Of a stretch of DNA of 64,000 nt, positions 9,676 to 18,612 are shown piece after piece. The stretch comes from an uncultured Fibrobacterota bacterium (GTDB lineage Bacteria > Fibrobacterota > Chitinivibrionia > Chitinivibrionales > FEN-1185). Numbering within the stretch: position 1 is the first letter of the stretch; every line of letters starts with the position of its first letter. The notes below the pieces were generated by a model. The model saw only the letters and a list, made by a program, of their open reading frames with translations, did no database searches and was not told the DNA's origin. The position numbers and the translations under genes are program-made. The stretch lies in contig CAVSQB010000008.1 of the NCBI GenBank assembly GCA_963729895.1, positions 65,907-129,906 on the forward strand. Direction: 5' to 3'.

Positions 9676-10998
9676 ATGCCGTTTCGAGCACTCGTCATAA
9701 ACCCTTGGGTCACCGATTTCAAACTCTACGATGAATGGATGCATCCGATAGGTCTGTATTTCCTCATCGCCATGCTCAGACAAAACGGTGCGGCCGTCCG
9801 TTACATCAACTGCCTTGGCCGGCAACAGGGTTGCGCGGCAAAGCCGCATGGCACGGGAGCGTTCGAGTCCAGGCCTTTTCCCAAGCCGCCGCTTTACAGG
9901 GAGTTAAAGCGGGTTTACAAATTGTACGGCATTGCAGAAGAAACGCTTCTGCAGCGACTTCTTTCCCTGCCCGCACCCGACGCCGTGTTCGTAGGCAGTT
10001 CCATGACTTACTGGCTGCCGGGCCTGCAGGAAACCGTGCGCGTCCTCGGCCGCGTTTTTCCGGGCACGCCGGTTGTCGCCGGCGGGACATCGGCCATGCT
10101 GATGCCGCTCGCGGTAAAAGCTGCGCTTCCCGGCGCACACGTCTTTGCGGGGAGCATGTTTGATCAGGCCGCGATCCGTAACTCGGCCATTCCCCATTTC
10201 GCGTCACTGAGGGCGCTTGCGCCGGAGGGCTCCCTGCTGCCGGCGCTCGAACTTTTGACGCATGCGTTTCACGGACCGGCGCTGGCGTCGCTCGGATGCC
10301 CCCTGCGCTGTTCCTATTGCGCGTCCGGGTTCTTGCACCCGGGGTACGCCCGGCGGCCGATTGACGTTGTCGTAAAGGAACTGGCCTCTCTGCAGGACCG
10401 GTTCGGCGTGACGAACTTCGCCTGGTACGACGACGCGCTCTTGTACAACCAGGGAGAGCATTTCCTTTCACTCGCGGCCGCGCTTGCGTCTGCGGGCGTT
10501 CGCGCGACGTTTCACGCGCCTAACGGCCTTCACGTGCGCTGGTTAACGAGGCGCGTTCTTGACACCATGCGAAACAGCGGATTTGCAACCGTGCGTTTCG
10601 GCTACGAGACCGGCCATGCCGAGTTTTCGAGCGATACCGGCGCCAAGGTCACACGAAAGGAACTTGCGCAAAAAACCGCGCTTGCGCGAGAGGCGGGGTT
10701 TGCCGGGACGAGCATCGGGGTTTATGTGATGGCCGGCCTTGCCGGTCAGACCCCGCAGCAGGTGGCCGAGGAACTGCAATTTGTTGCCTCCCTTTCTGTA
10801 AAGGCAAAGCCCGTCTTTGTGTCACCGGTTCCCGCGACGCCTCTTTTTGAGCGGTATGTCCGGACGTTTCCGCAGCTCGAACGAACTCCGTTGTTTCATA
10901 ACGATTCGTTCTTCATCACGCAACTCCCGGGCTGGGATTCGAACGCGGTGCAGAGCATCATGGACCTGGCGAAGGCATGCAACGCCGGGATTGCGTGA
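9676..10998 (+). CDS. cobalamin-binding radical SAM protein
   Basis: N-terminal B12-binding-like region (PIGLYFL, PDAVFVGSSMTYW, VVAGG); GCPLRCSYCAS CxxxCxxC; YDDALL; RFGYET. Confidence 0.85.
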   Translation: MPFRALVINPWVTDFKLYDEWMHPIGLYFLIAMLRQNGAAVRYINCLGRQQGCAAKPHGTGAFESRPFPKPPLYRELKRVYKLYGIAEETLLQRLLSLPAPDAVFVGSSMTYWLPGLQETVRVLGRVFPGTPVVAGGTSAMLMPLAVKAALPGAHVFAGSMFDQAAIRNSAIPHFASLRALAPEGSLLPALELLTHAFHGPALASLGCPLRCSYCASGFLHPGYARRPIDVVVKELASLQDRFGVTNFAWYDDALLYNQGEHFLSLAAALASAGVRATFHAPNGLHVRWLTRRVLDTMRNSGFATVRFGYETGHAEFSSDTGAKVTRKELAQKTALAREAGFAGTSIGVYVMAGLAGQTPQQVAEELQFVASLSVKAKPVFVSPVPATPLFERYVRTFPQLERTPLFHNDSFFITQLPGWDSNAVQSIMDLAKACNAGIA

Positions 10999-11153
10999 TT
11001 ACGACAAGCCCGCGCCTTAATACGACACGGGATCAATTATTTTCTGCACAAAGGACGGCCCGGCACTTTATCCTTTAGCAAAAGACCGTAAACCCGGGCG
11101 CATACCCGGCCCCTGTACATCACCCGGGACCATACTGCATTTCGGCTGGGCCA

Positions 11154-11906
11154 ATGAAAATGTCCAGAATCCTTCTTTATGCCCTGTGGTTTCAAATCGC
11201 GTTTCCCGCAAGCATCCTTGCTGCGAGCGCGCCGGCACGCGTCCCGACGTTCGATTACGCATTTGTAGAAACGCAAATGAAGATGGGAGCGGCCAATCAT
11301 GTGGAATTCCAGCTCCTGTCCGATACGCCCGTGGTGTACCGCGCCTGGGGCGTGTGGAACCTGCCCCATCCCGCACCGGAGGTGGCCGCGGTCGCCCTGG
11401 ATTTCAACCGCTATCCCACCATCTTCCGGTATGTCTATCAGTGCAGCAGGATTTCCGAGACAAAGAAACGCGTGCGCGGCCTGGGCACGTGGTATGTGGA
11501 AGGCAGGGCCGCCATTGCGCGCGTGTGGAGCATCGGCACGGTGGACACGATCTCCTGGACCGACTCGGCCCACCTGCGTTTCTTTGCAAGTCAGAATGAA
11601 GACCAGAGGCTCGAAGCAAAATGGGCGCGGCAGCTGCCGGGATGGTTGAACTACCGGACCCACGGAGTCCGTCTCGCCGCGTTTGTCGCCCCGAGCGGCC
11701 GCGATTCTTGCCAAGTGGGAATTGTTGCCCAGGGCTGGGTCTGGCAGCCTATGCCGCAGTGGCTGGTCCGGCTGGCCACCGGCATTATCCTTCCGCAACT
11801 TTTGGACGACCTTGACAACGAAGTTGTGCGGCGGGCGCGTGAAAAGAAGCCTGCGGAGCCGCCGTGGTATAAGAAATGGTATCACGCCATCAAAGGATTC
11901 TTCTGA
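11154..11906 (+). CDS. secreted START/SRPBCC-like protein
   Basis: Signal peptide; PAPEVAAVALDFNRYPTIF is typical of SRPBCC; C-terminal MPQWLVRLA...LPQLLDDL helix. Confidence 0.55.
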   Translation: MKMSRILLYALWFQIAFPASILAASAPARVPTFDYAFVETQMKMGAANHVEFQLLSDTPVVYRAWGVWNLPHPAPEVAAVALDFNRYPTIFRYVYQCSRISETKKRVRGLGTWYVEGRAAIARVWSIGTVDTISWTDSAHLRFFASQNEDQRLEAKWARQLPGWLNYRTHGVRLAAFVAPSGRDSCQVGIVAQGWVWQPMPQWLVRLATGIILPQLLDDLDNEVVRRAREKKPAEPPWYKKWYHAIKGFF

Positions 11907-11947
11907 TCACGATCCCGGCGAGTGCCACGCCGGAGAAAGGGAACCGT

Positions 11948-12394
11948 ATGGAAGCAACAATCGTCATTACCCTGTCGGGAGGGAAAAAGGTGAACGCGCA
12001 GGTCAGGGAATTCACCGTTGCAACAGACCAGCCCGAGGCAGACGGCGGACAGAACACGGCGCTGTCGCCGTTCGAACTTTTCCTTGCGTCGATTGGGACA
12101 TGCGCCGGTTTCTACGTTCTCTCGTTTTGCCAGGCGCGGTCCATTCCCACCGACGGCATCCGACTCACGCAAACCATGGTGCGCAATGAAACGTCGCATG
12201 GCGTGGAAAAGATCGACATCGGCATCCGGCTTCCGCCCGATTTTCCGGAAAAATACAAGGACGCCGTGGTACGGGCTGCGGAATCCTGTACCGTCAAGAA
12301 GCACCTGTCCAGCCCGCCGGAGATTGTGGTACACACGCTGCGCGGGGCATCCGGGGAGCAATACATAAAGCCCTCCGCGCCAAAGAGAGGCTGA
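11948..12394 (+). CDS. OsmC/YcaO-associated OsmC-like protein
   Basis: TDQPEADGGQNTALSPFELFLASIGTCAG and AESCTVKKHL, the two OsmC cysteines; start ATG 11948. Confidence 0.9.
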   Translation: MEATIVITLSGGKKVNAQVREFTVATDQPEADGGQNTALSPFELFLASIGTCAGFYVLSFCQARSIPTDGIRLTQTMVRNETSHGVEKIDIGIRLPPDFPEKYKDAVVRAAESCTVKKHLSSPPEIVVHTLRGASGEQYIKPSAPKRG

Positions 12395-12412
12395 GTTCGA
12401 CGGCGGAGGGCC

Positions 12413-12958
12413 TCAAGCCATGCGGTTCTCGCGGGAATCCCGGATTGCCTTCACGTGCCGCGCGCGGACGCGCTCAAGGAATTCGATAAACGCCGGATCC
12501 CGGTAATCGGGAAAGGTCCAGGAAAAATAACGGTACATCCCCTTGCGGTAGTGGAGGGTGACTTCCGCAAATATTCCGTGAGACAGATAGATGCGGTGAA
12601 AGAAATCCTTGGTACTCGCCAGCACCAGCTTGTCATTTGCGAGGTAGCCGGGGTCCAGGTTGATGGTGCGTCTGCCGGACGCAGCATACTGCCGTTCGAG
12701 GTTGTTGGTGAAGACCTTGATTTCTGCGAGTGATTCCCGGACAACCGGTGTTTGGAACGTCAGGTATGTCTTCGTAAGGTGCGTGCCCATTTCGCTCTCA
12801 TAGTAGTCGGTAAAACCGAAGCGGATGGGGCCATACGAATTGTCCACGGGGCCGAACCTTCCGGTAAGCGCCGCGCTCGCTTCATCCGCCCGGACATCAG
12901 GCCGAGAGGTCATTGCCACAAAAAGCTTCACCGGATCCGGAACGGTTGCCGTGCCCAC
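12413..12958 (-). CDS. DUF4416 family protein
   Basis: FTDYYESEMG, LAEIKVFTNNLE, RTINLDPGYL, LASTKDFFHRIYL, SWTFPDY. Confidence 0.8.
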   Translation of the reverse strand: MGTATVPDPVKLFVAMTSRPDVRADEASAALTGRFGPVDNSYGPIRFGFTDYYESEMGTHLTKTYLTFQTPVVRESLAEIKVFTNNLERQYAASGRRTINLDPGYLANDKLVLASTKDFFHRIYLSHGIFAEVTLHYRKGMYRYFSWTFPDYRDPAFIEFLERVRARHVKAIRDSRENRMA

Positions 12959-13140
12959 GCTCGCTCCTTTCGCCCCTGCATACCCGTGCGTCCGTCGTTT
13001 TCAGGAACTCGGATTCTCCCGCCGCCAATCCATGGTAAAATAAATAGGGGCGAATTTCGAAATCACAATGCGATTACGTTTCCCTGGATGCGGTGCAAAT
13101 ACGATTTTGTAGTACCGACGTTTAGCAAGCGGGAGTGTGC

Positions 13141-13506
13141 ATGCGGTTTGTTTTGACTTGCAAGAAAAAGGACAGCCACCTTATCTTTTACCTGAGCGGT
13201 GACCTCACCTACGAAGGCTCCTGCACACTTAAAGAAGCTTTCGGCGAGGCAATCGGACGCGGCGAAAAGCGGCTCGTTCTCAATCTGGAGGGCCTCAAGA
13301 TCATTGCGAGTTACTCTTTGTCAACAATCCTCAAGCTTTCCTATCTTGCCAAGAAGAACCACGCGACACTCGCCATTGTCTGTCCTGAGGGAAATGTCTG
13401 GGACGTCTTCTACGTCCTGGAAATCGGGAAAGTGATACCCCTGTTTTCGTCGGAAGAAGATTTCTGGAAATCTGCGAAACCTGATGCAGCTGCGGCCGCA
13501 GTCTGA
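13141..13506 (+). CDS. STAS-domain protein (anti-sigma antagonist-like)
   Basis: YLSGDL...RLVLNLEGLKIIASYSLSTI...VWDVFYVLEI; the canonical DSSG motif is degenerate. Confidence 0.75.
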   Translation: MRFVLTCKKKDSHLIFYLSGDLTYEGSCTLKEAFGEAIGRGEKRLVLNLEGLKIIASYSLSTILKLSYLAKKNHATLAIVCPEGNVWDVFYVLEIGKVIPLFSSEEDFWKSAKPDAAAAAV

Positions 13507-13663
13507 TTGAGTTTCTTACGTCGGGACACATTGGGCTGCGGTCGGTTTCCGGGAATGCGGTCGCGCATTGTGCAGTAACCGTGCAACAAATGCAGACGGG
13601 AAGCCAAAGGGAAGTTTGCTCCAGACTCACCGGAAAAGCCGAGTTTGCCGGCCTACTATTACC

Positions 13664-13692
13664 TTGACTTCACTTCGCACCAGACGTACTTT
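13664..13692 (+). promoter_or_regulatory. putative sigma70 promoter of the rnf operon
   Basis: TTGACT (13664-13669), 17-bp spacer, TACTTT (13687-13692), ~95 bp upstream of rnfC. Confidence 0.5.
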
Positions 13693-13787
13693 AATTTCAC
13701 AAAAATTGCGCGTCGCGCTGTCGGGTGCGCACGCGGTGTGCGCAAAAGCTTTCGCCCTTTCCTTGACAATTTCAAAGGACATAGGTA

Positions 13788-15137
13788 TTGTTTCGGTCAC
13801 TTGGCTTTCGCGGCGGGATTCATCCTCCAAGGGACAGGAGCCCCGCGGCGAATTCACCCATTGAAACGCTTCCTCCGCCCGCCAGAGTCATTATTCCGGT
13901 ACTTCAGCATGCAGGGCCCGCCGCACACATCCTGGTGAAACGCGGGGACAAGGTGCGGATGGGGCAACTTATCGCGGAGCCTTCCACGCCCGATTCCGCT
14001 GCTGTTCACTCCTCGGTTTCCGGCACGGTTCTTTCGGTCTCAGGATTTCCTCACCCGTCAGGCGAGCGCGTGCTTGCAGCGGAAATAGAAAATGACGGCC
14101 GCGACCTGGCCGCCGAAACCACCGGCATGGAAAAGGAATGGGGCGAAGCCTCTTCCCAGGAAATCGTGCGGAGGATTTCCGCATGCGGGATAGTGGGCAT
14201 GGGCGGCGCGGGAATACCCGCACACCTCAAACTTTCGCCGCCCGCAGACAAGCCTATCGACGTATTCATCGTCAATTGCACCGAATGCGAACCGCTCGTT
14301 TCCGCAGATTTCGTTCTTATCAAGCATCATGCCGTAGAAATCCTTGCCGGCGCCCGCATCATTCAAAAGATTCTGGGCGCAAAGAAGGCACTTGTCGCGG
14401 TAGACAGCGCAGCAGGCGAAGCCGTGACAGCGCTGTCCGCCCTACTCAAAGACCGGGAATTCCGCGATCTTTCACTCGTTTCATTACGGCCGAAATATCC
14501 CCAAAGCGCTGAAAAGATCCTCGTTAAAACGCTCACAAAGCGCGAAATTCCCTCGTGTGGAAGAGCGGCCGACGCCGGCTGCGTGGTGCACAATGCCGCC
14601 ACCGTCCGCGCCATCGCGCAGGCCGTGCTGGCCGGGACCCCGTTGTACCAGCGCGTACTCACCGCGGGCGGGCCGTGCGTTGCGACGCCAAAAAACCTGC
14701 TCGTACGCATCGGAACGCCGGTGCGCGACGTCCTTGAAAGGTGCGGCGCGGACATGAAGCGCGCAACGAAAATAATCATGGGAGGTCCCATGCGCGGCAA
14801 CGCCCAGGCGGATCTCGAAACGCCGGTGATCAAGACCACCTACGGGGTTTTCGCATACGACACGCTCGTCCCGGGCGTCAAGCGATACGACTGCATCGGC
14901 TGCGGCAGATGCGCGCGGGCGTGTCCGATGCGCCTGTACCCCTCCTACCTGATGCGATTTGTTGACAAAAAGAAAACGGCCGACGTCCGGGAATGGGGCG
15001 TTGCCGACTGCATCGAGTGCGGGTCCTGCGCCTACGTGTGCCCGGCGAAAATCAATCTGGTCCATTTCATGAAACTGGGAAAATACCGTCTTGGCGGTCC
15101 CGATGCCGGCCGGGCGGAGTGTGAGGGTTTGGCATGA
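13788..15137 (+). CDS. rnfC: Rnf complex subunit C
   Basis: FRGGIHP, QHAG, VHSSVSG, GIVGMGGAG, ECEP, KYPQ, MGGPM, two 4Fe-4S motifs CIGCGRCARACP and CIECGSCAYVCP; TTG start with AAGGA SD. Confidence 0.93.
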   Translation: MFRSLGFRGGIHPPRDRSPAANSPIETLPPPARVIIPVLQHAGPAAHILVKRGDKVRMGQLIAEPSTPDSAAVHSSVSGTVLSVSGFPHPSGERVLAAEIENDGRDLAAETTGMEKEWGEASSQEIVRRISACGIVGMGGAGIPAHLKLSPPADKPIDVFIVNCTECEPLVSADFVLIKHHAVEILAGARIIQKILGAKKALVAVDSAAGEAVTALSALLKDREFRDLSLVSLRPKYPQSAEKILVKTLTKREIPSCGRAADAGCVVHNAATVRAIAQAVLAGTPLYQRVLTAGGPCVATPKNLLVRIGTPVRDVLERCGADMKRATKIIMGGPMRGNAQADLETPVIKTTYGVFAYDTLVPGVKRYDCIGCGRCARACPMRLYPSYLMRFVDKKKTADVREWGVADCIECGSCAYVCPAKINLVHFMKLGKYRLGGPDAGRAECEGLA

Positions 15138-16174
15138 ACGAAACCGTTCCGGTAACCGCACAGCCGCTGCTGCACGTGTCCACGCCCCCGCATATCCGGC
15201 AAAACGAAAGCGTGCCTACGATCATGCTGTCGGTGATCATCGCGCTCGTTCCCACGCTTGCGGCTTCGGCGGTGTTTTTCGGGGGACGCGCCCTTGCCCT
15301 CACCCTGGTGTGCGCGGGAACGTCCGTCGGAACCGAGGCGCTGTTGTGTCTTCTTCTCCGTAAACCTCAGTCGGTTGCCGACCTGAGCGCCGCGGTGTCG
15401 GGCCTGCTGCTCGCCTGCACGCTCCCGCCCGGACTTCCTTTCTGGATGGCTGCCGTGGGAGGCGTGTTTGCGATTGCCGTTGTCAAGATGGCATTCGGCG
15501 GATTGGGCCACAATCCGGTAAATCCCGCCCTTGCGGCGCGCGCGTTTCTCATGGTGTCGTTTCCGTCCGCGATGTCGGCGTTTAGTGCGCCGGTCCACGG
15601 AACCCTGTTCGGGCTCGAAAAAGGGCTCGACGGCGTGTCGGCCGCAACCCCGCTGGTCTACTTCAAGAATGCCATGGCCTCGGGCAATTTCCACCCGCTC
15701 GACCTCCAGGACGCCATCGGCAGCCTTGTGCTGGGCAATGTGGGCGGCTGCCTCGGGGCCACATCCGGGCTTGCCATACTCGCCGGAGCGATTTTTCTTT
15801 TGTATAGAGGCATTATCAGGTTCAGGACTCCTTTCGCGTTTATCGGCAGTGTGTTTCTCCTGAGCTGGATATTCAACGGCACGGGTGACATTTTCTCCAC
15901 CGAGGCGTTTATCGTGCCGCTCTATCAGGTGTTCGGCGGCGGCATCATACTCGGCGCGTTCTTCCTTGCGGCCGATCCTGTCTCCACCCCCATGACGCCC
16001 TCCGGAAGGCTCTTCTTTGGGGTCGGATGCGGCCTGATCACCTTTCTCATAAGGAAATTCGGCGCCTACCCGGACGGCGTGTGCTGGGCGATCCTGCTGA
16101 TGAATTTTTGCGTCCCGATCCTCGACCGGTATGGCAGACCGGGGCGTTTTGGCGAAAGGAAGCAACATGCATGA
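15134..16174 (+). CDS. rnfD: Rnf complex subunit D
   Basis: PPHIR, FGGLGHNPVNPALAARAFL, FMN-attachment motif DGVSAATPL, ADPVSTP, YPDGV. Confidence 0.93.
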   Translation: MNETVPVTAQPLLHVSTPPHIRQNESVPTIMLSVIIALVPTLAASAVFFGGRALALTLVCAGTSVGTEALLCLLLRKPQSVADLSAAVSGLLLACTLPPGLPFWMAAVGGVFAIAVVKMAFGGLGHNPVNPALAARAFLMVSFPSAMSAFSAPVHGTLFGLEKGLDGVSAATPLVYFKNAMASGNFHPLDLQDAIGSLVLGNVGGCLGATSGLAILAGAIFLLYRGIIRFRTPFAFIGSVFLLSWIFNGTGDIFSTEAFIVPLYQVFGGGIILGAFFLAADPVSTPMTPSGRLFFGVGCGLITFLIRKFGAYPDGVCWAILLMNFCVPILDRYGRPGRFGERKQHA

Positions 16175-16373
16175 CGTGCTGAAATCCGCTGCGGCCATGA
16201 TGCTCGTTGCAATTCTTGCGGGGCTCTTCATTGTGTTTACACATGCGTCAACGGCCGGAGGAGGCGGGGTAATCCAGCCGTCAGCGCGGAGCGCGGACGC
16301 CGCAGTTGGGCCGGATTCGACGGCGCCTGCCCGCCCGGACAGCCCTAAGACGGCCGCGCAGGGGGCCAAATGA
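16167..16373 (+). CDS. truncated RnfG-like protein (membrane anchor only, no FMN-binding domain)
   Basis: Occupies the rnfG slot between rnfD and rnfE; 68 aa with one TM helix (AAAMMLVAILAGLFIVFTHAST) then a G/A/P/S-rich tail; AAGGA SD; overlaps rnfD stop and rnfE start. Confidence 0.6.
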   Translation: MHDVLKSAAAMMLVAILAGLFIVFTHASTAGGGGVIQPSARSADAAVGPDSTAPARPDSPKTAAQGAK

Positions 16374-16972
16374 TCAAGGACGAAGTGGCCCGTGGCATTG
16401 CGGCCCAAAATCCCGTGCTCAGGCTCGCACTCGGCCTCTGCCCTGCACTGGCGGTGACCGCCACCATCAACGACGCGCTTGTCATGGGCATGCTGGTGCT
16501 GTGCGTTCTTGCAGCGTCAAGTTTTGCCGTTTCCGTCACCAGAAACCTGATTCCTCACCGGGTGAGAATTCCCTGCCACATTCTGATCGTGGCGGCGTTC
16601 GCCTCAATGGCCGGCATCCTGCTTTCCGTCCGCGCTCCCCACGCAAGCGCCGCCCTTGGAATCTACGTTCCTCTCATTGCGGTCAATTGCCTCATTCTTG
16701 ACAGAGCAGAAACATACGCTTCAAAAAATAAAGCCCTGGCTTCCCTGGTCGACGGGATCGGCATGGGGCTGGGGTTCACCGGCGCACTGTTCCTGTGTTC
16801 GGTGGTGCGCGAGCTGCTCGGCAGCTTCAGCCTCTTCGGCGTCAAAGTGATTCCCGGCAGCCACCCGCTGCTTGCCCTCACACGTTCCTGCGGCGGGTTC
16901 TTCAGCCTGGCGCTCGTGCTCGGGACGCTCAATTTCCTGCGGCAAAGAAAAGAAAAGGCGGATGTGCAATGA
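16370..16972 (+). CDS. rnfE: Rnf complex subunit E
   Basis: NPVLRLALGLCPALAVT, IPHRVRIP, LGIYVPLIAVNCLIL, DGIGMGLGFT, VRELLG. Confidence 0.93.
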   Translation: MIKDEVARGIAAQNPVLRLALGLCPALAVTATINDALVMGMLVLCVLAASSFAVSVTRNLIPHRVRIPCHILIVAAFASMAGILLSVRAPHASAALGIYVPLIAVNCLILDRAETYASKNKALASLVDGIGMGLGFTGALFLCSVVRELLGSFSLFGVKVIPGSHPLLALTRSCGGFFSLALVLGTLNFLRQRKEKADVQ

Positions 16973-17589
16973 ACTGGACCGGTATTCTCGAACTGAGCGT
17001 TGCATCGATTCTTGTCAACAACATCGTGCTCACGCGCCTTATCGGTGTGTGTCCGCTGTGCGGCACGCATAAAAAACTGTCGGACGCCCTGGGCATGGGG
17101 CTGTCGGCAATCGTCGTAATGGGAGTCGCCTCCACGCTTGCGTGGTTCATCAACCGTTATCTTCTCCTCCCCCTGAACATCGAGTACCTGCAAACATTCG
17201 TTTTTATCCTGGTTATCATGTCCCTCACGCTGATCGGCGACATGGCGCTCATGAAGCTGGCTCCCGGCGTGTACAAACGGGCGGGAAAATACCTGCCCGC
17301 GCTCGCCTCCAACTGCGCCGTTATCGCCGTGGCGCTCGTATCGGCGCAGGCCAATCCCGTTACCCACAAACCATTCTCGCTGGTGGAGGCATTTGTCAAT
17401 GGCATTGCCACCGGCGCAGGATTCACGCTGGCGCTGGTTCTCATGTCTTCGCTGCAGGAACGCCTCGAATTCGCCGACATTCCACGGCCGCTTAAAGGGC
17501 TTCCAGCCGCGTTCCTGGGCGCCGGCCTTCTGTCACTCGCCTTTCTCGGATTTTCCGGCCTTCACTTTTTCCCGGGATTTGGAGGGTAG
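16969..17589 (+). CDS. rnfA: Rnf complex subunit A
   Basis: LVNNIVL..LIGVCP, ALGMG, YLQTFVFILVI, YLPALASNCAV, GAGFTLAL, LKGLP; ATG 16969 overlaps rnfE stop. Confidence 0.92.
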   Translation: MNWTGILELSVASILVNNIVLTRLIGVCPLCGTHKKLSDALGMGLSAIVVMGVASTLAWFINRYLLLPLNIEYLQTFVFILVIMSLTLIGDMALMKLAPGVYKRAGKYLPALASNCAVIAVALVSAQANPVTHKPFSLVEAFVNGIATGAGFTLALVLMSSLQERLEFADIPRPLKGLPAAFLGAGLLSLAFLGFSGLHFFPGFGG

Positions 17590-17592
17590 GCT

Positions 17593-18612
17593 GTGGCGTT
17601 TGCGCTTCCGATGCTCGTTTTGGGTTCTCTCGGCCTTCTGGCCGGCGCGGGGTTCGGCGCGGCATCGAGGAAATTTCATGCGCCTGCGGACGCTAAAGTC
17701 AAGAAAATCGCGCTCACACTTCCCGACGCAGATTGCGGCGCATGCGGCTTCGCCACTTGCCGGGAGTTTGCAAATGCAGTGGCCGAAGGCAGGGCATCGC
17801 CAACGGGCTGCGTCCCCGGCGGCTCAAAAGCGGCCCACGAAATCGGCGATATCCTCGGCATCGCGGTTACTCCGCCGGACGCGGTGATGGCGGTGGTTCA
17901 CTGCAACGGAGGACTCAAGGAAGCCTCACAGCGCTGCGTGTACGAGGGCATCCAGGATTGTTGTGCGGCGATCCTGGCAGGCAACGGACAGAAAACCTGC
18001 ACAAGCGGCTGCCTTGGCCTGGGAAGCTGCGTGGCCGCCTGTCCGTTCGACGCGATCCGCGTGAACGGAAACGGCATTGCGGTTGTAAATCAGGAAGCGT
18101 GCACCGGGTGCGGCCAGTGCGTGCGCGCATGCCCCCGTTCCATCATAGAACTCATCCCGCGGGTGCACAAGATCTATCTCGCCTGCGCAAATCACGACCG
18201 CGGTTCCCGGGTGAAAAACTATTGCACCGTGGGGTGCACCGCGTGCACGCTGTGCGTCAAGGCAACGCCTTCGGGCGCCATTACCATGGGAGACAACCTG
18301 CCCCTGCTCAATTACTTCTCGGACGACAACTTCGTTGTGGCCGCCTACACATGCCCGTCCGGCTGTTTCGCAGATCTTGTCAAGTTCAGGCCCAAAGTCA
18401 ACATCGACGCAAAATGCACCGGCTGCGGCGACTGCGTCCGTGCGTGCCCCACCGGCGCAATCGCCGGCGAAAAAGGCCTTCGCCACGTTGTCAACAAGGA
18501 GAAGTGCATCGGCTGCGGACTGTGCCTCAACACCTGCCCCGTGCATGCCATCGCGATGTGGGGAGGTTTGGGGTATGCACAGGACACCAGGAGGAGAATT
18601 TCAAGGGCGTAG
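17593..18612 (+). CDS. rnfB: Rnf complex subunit B (long polyferredoxin form)
   Basis: N-terminal TM; LPDADCGACGFATC...CVPGG; CLGLGSCVAACP, CTGCGQCVRACP, CTGCGDCVRACP, CIGCGLCLNTCP. Confidence 0.92.
   Translation: MAFALPMLVLGSLGLLAGAGFGAASRKFHAPADAKVKKIALTLPDADCGACGFATCREFANAVAEGRASPTGCVPGGSKAAHEIGDILGIAVTPPDAVMAVVHCNGGLKEASQRCVYEGIQDCCAAILAGNGQKTCTSGCLGLGSCVAACPFDAIRVNGNGIAVVNQEACTGCGQCVRACPRSIIELIPRVHKIYLACANHDRGSRVKNYCTVGCTACTLCVKATPSGAITMGDNLPLLNYFSDDNFVVAAYTCPSGCFADLVKFRPKVNIDAKCTGCGDCVRACPTGAIAGEKGLRHVVNKEKCIGCGLCLNTCPVHAIAMWGGLGYAQDTRRRISRA

Noticed and set aside
13685..13702. Possible Rex operator upstream of rnf
   Set aside because: Only the TTCACAA half-site is present; the other half does not match
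13763..13791. TTGACA-N17-TATTGT promoter-like match
   Set aside because: The -10 element overlaps the likely rnfC start codon, so it could not transcribe full-length rnfC; the upstream 13664 promoter fits better
16371..16373. Selenocysteine or readthrough at the mini-RnfG TGA
   Set aside because: The TGA overlaps the rnfE ATG, and the downstream sequence is rnfE in another frame, so no FMN domain could be restored
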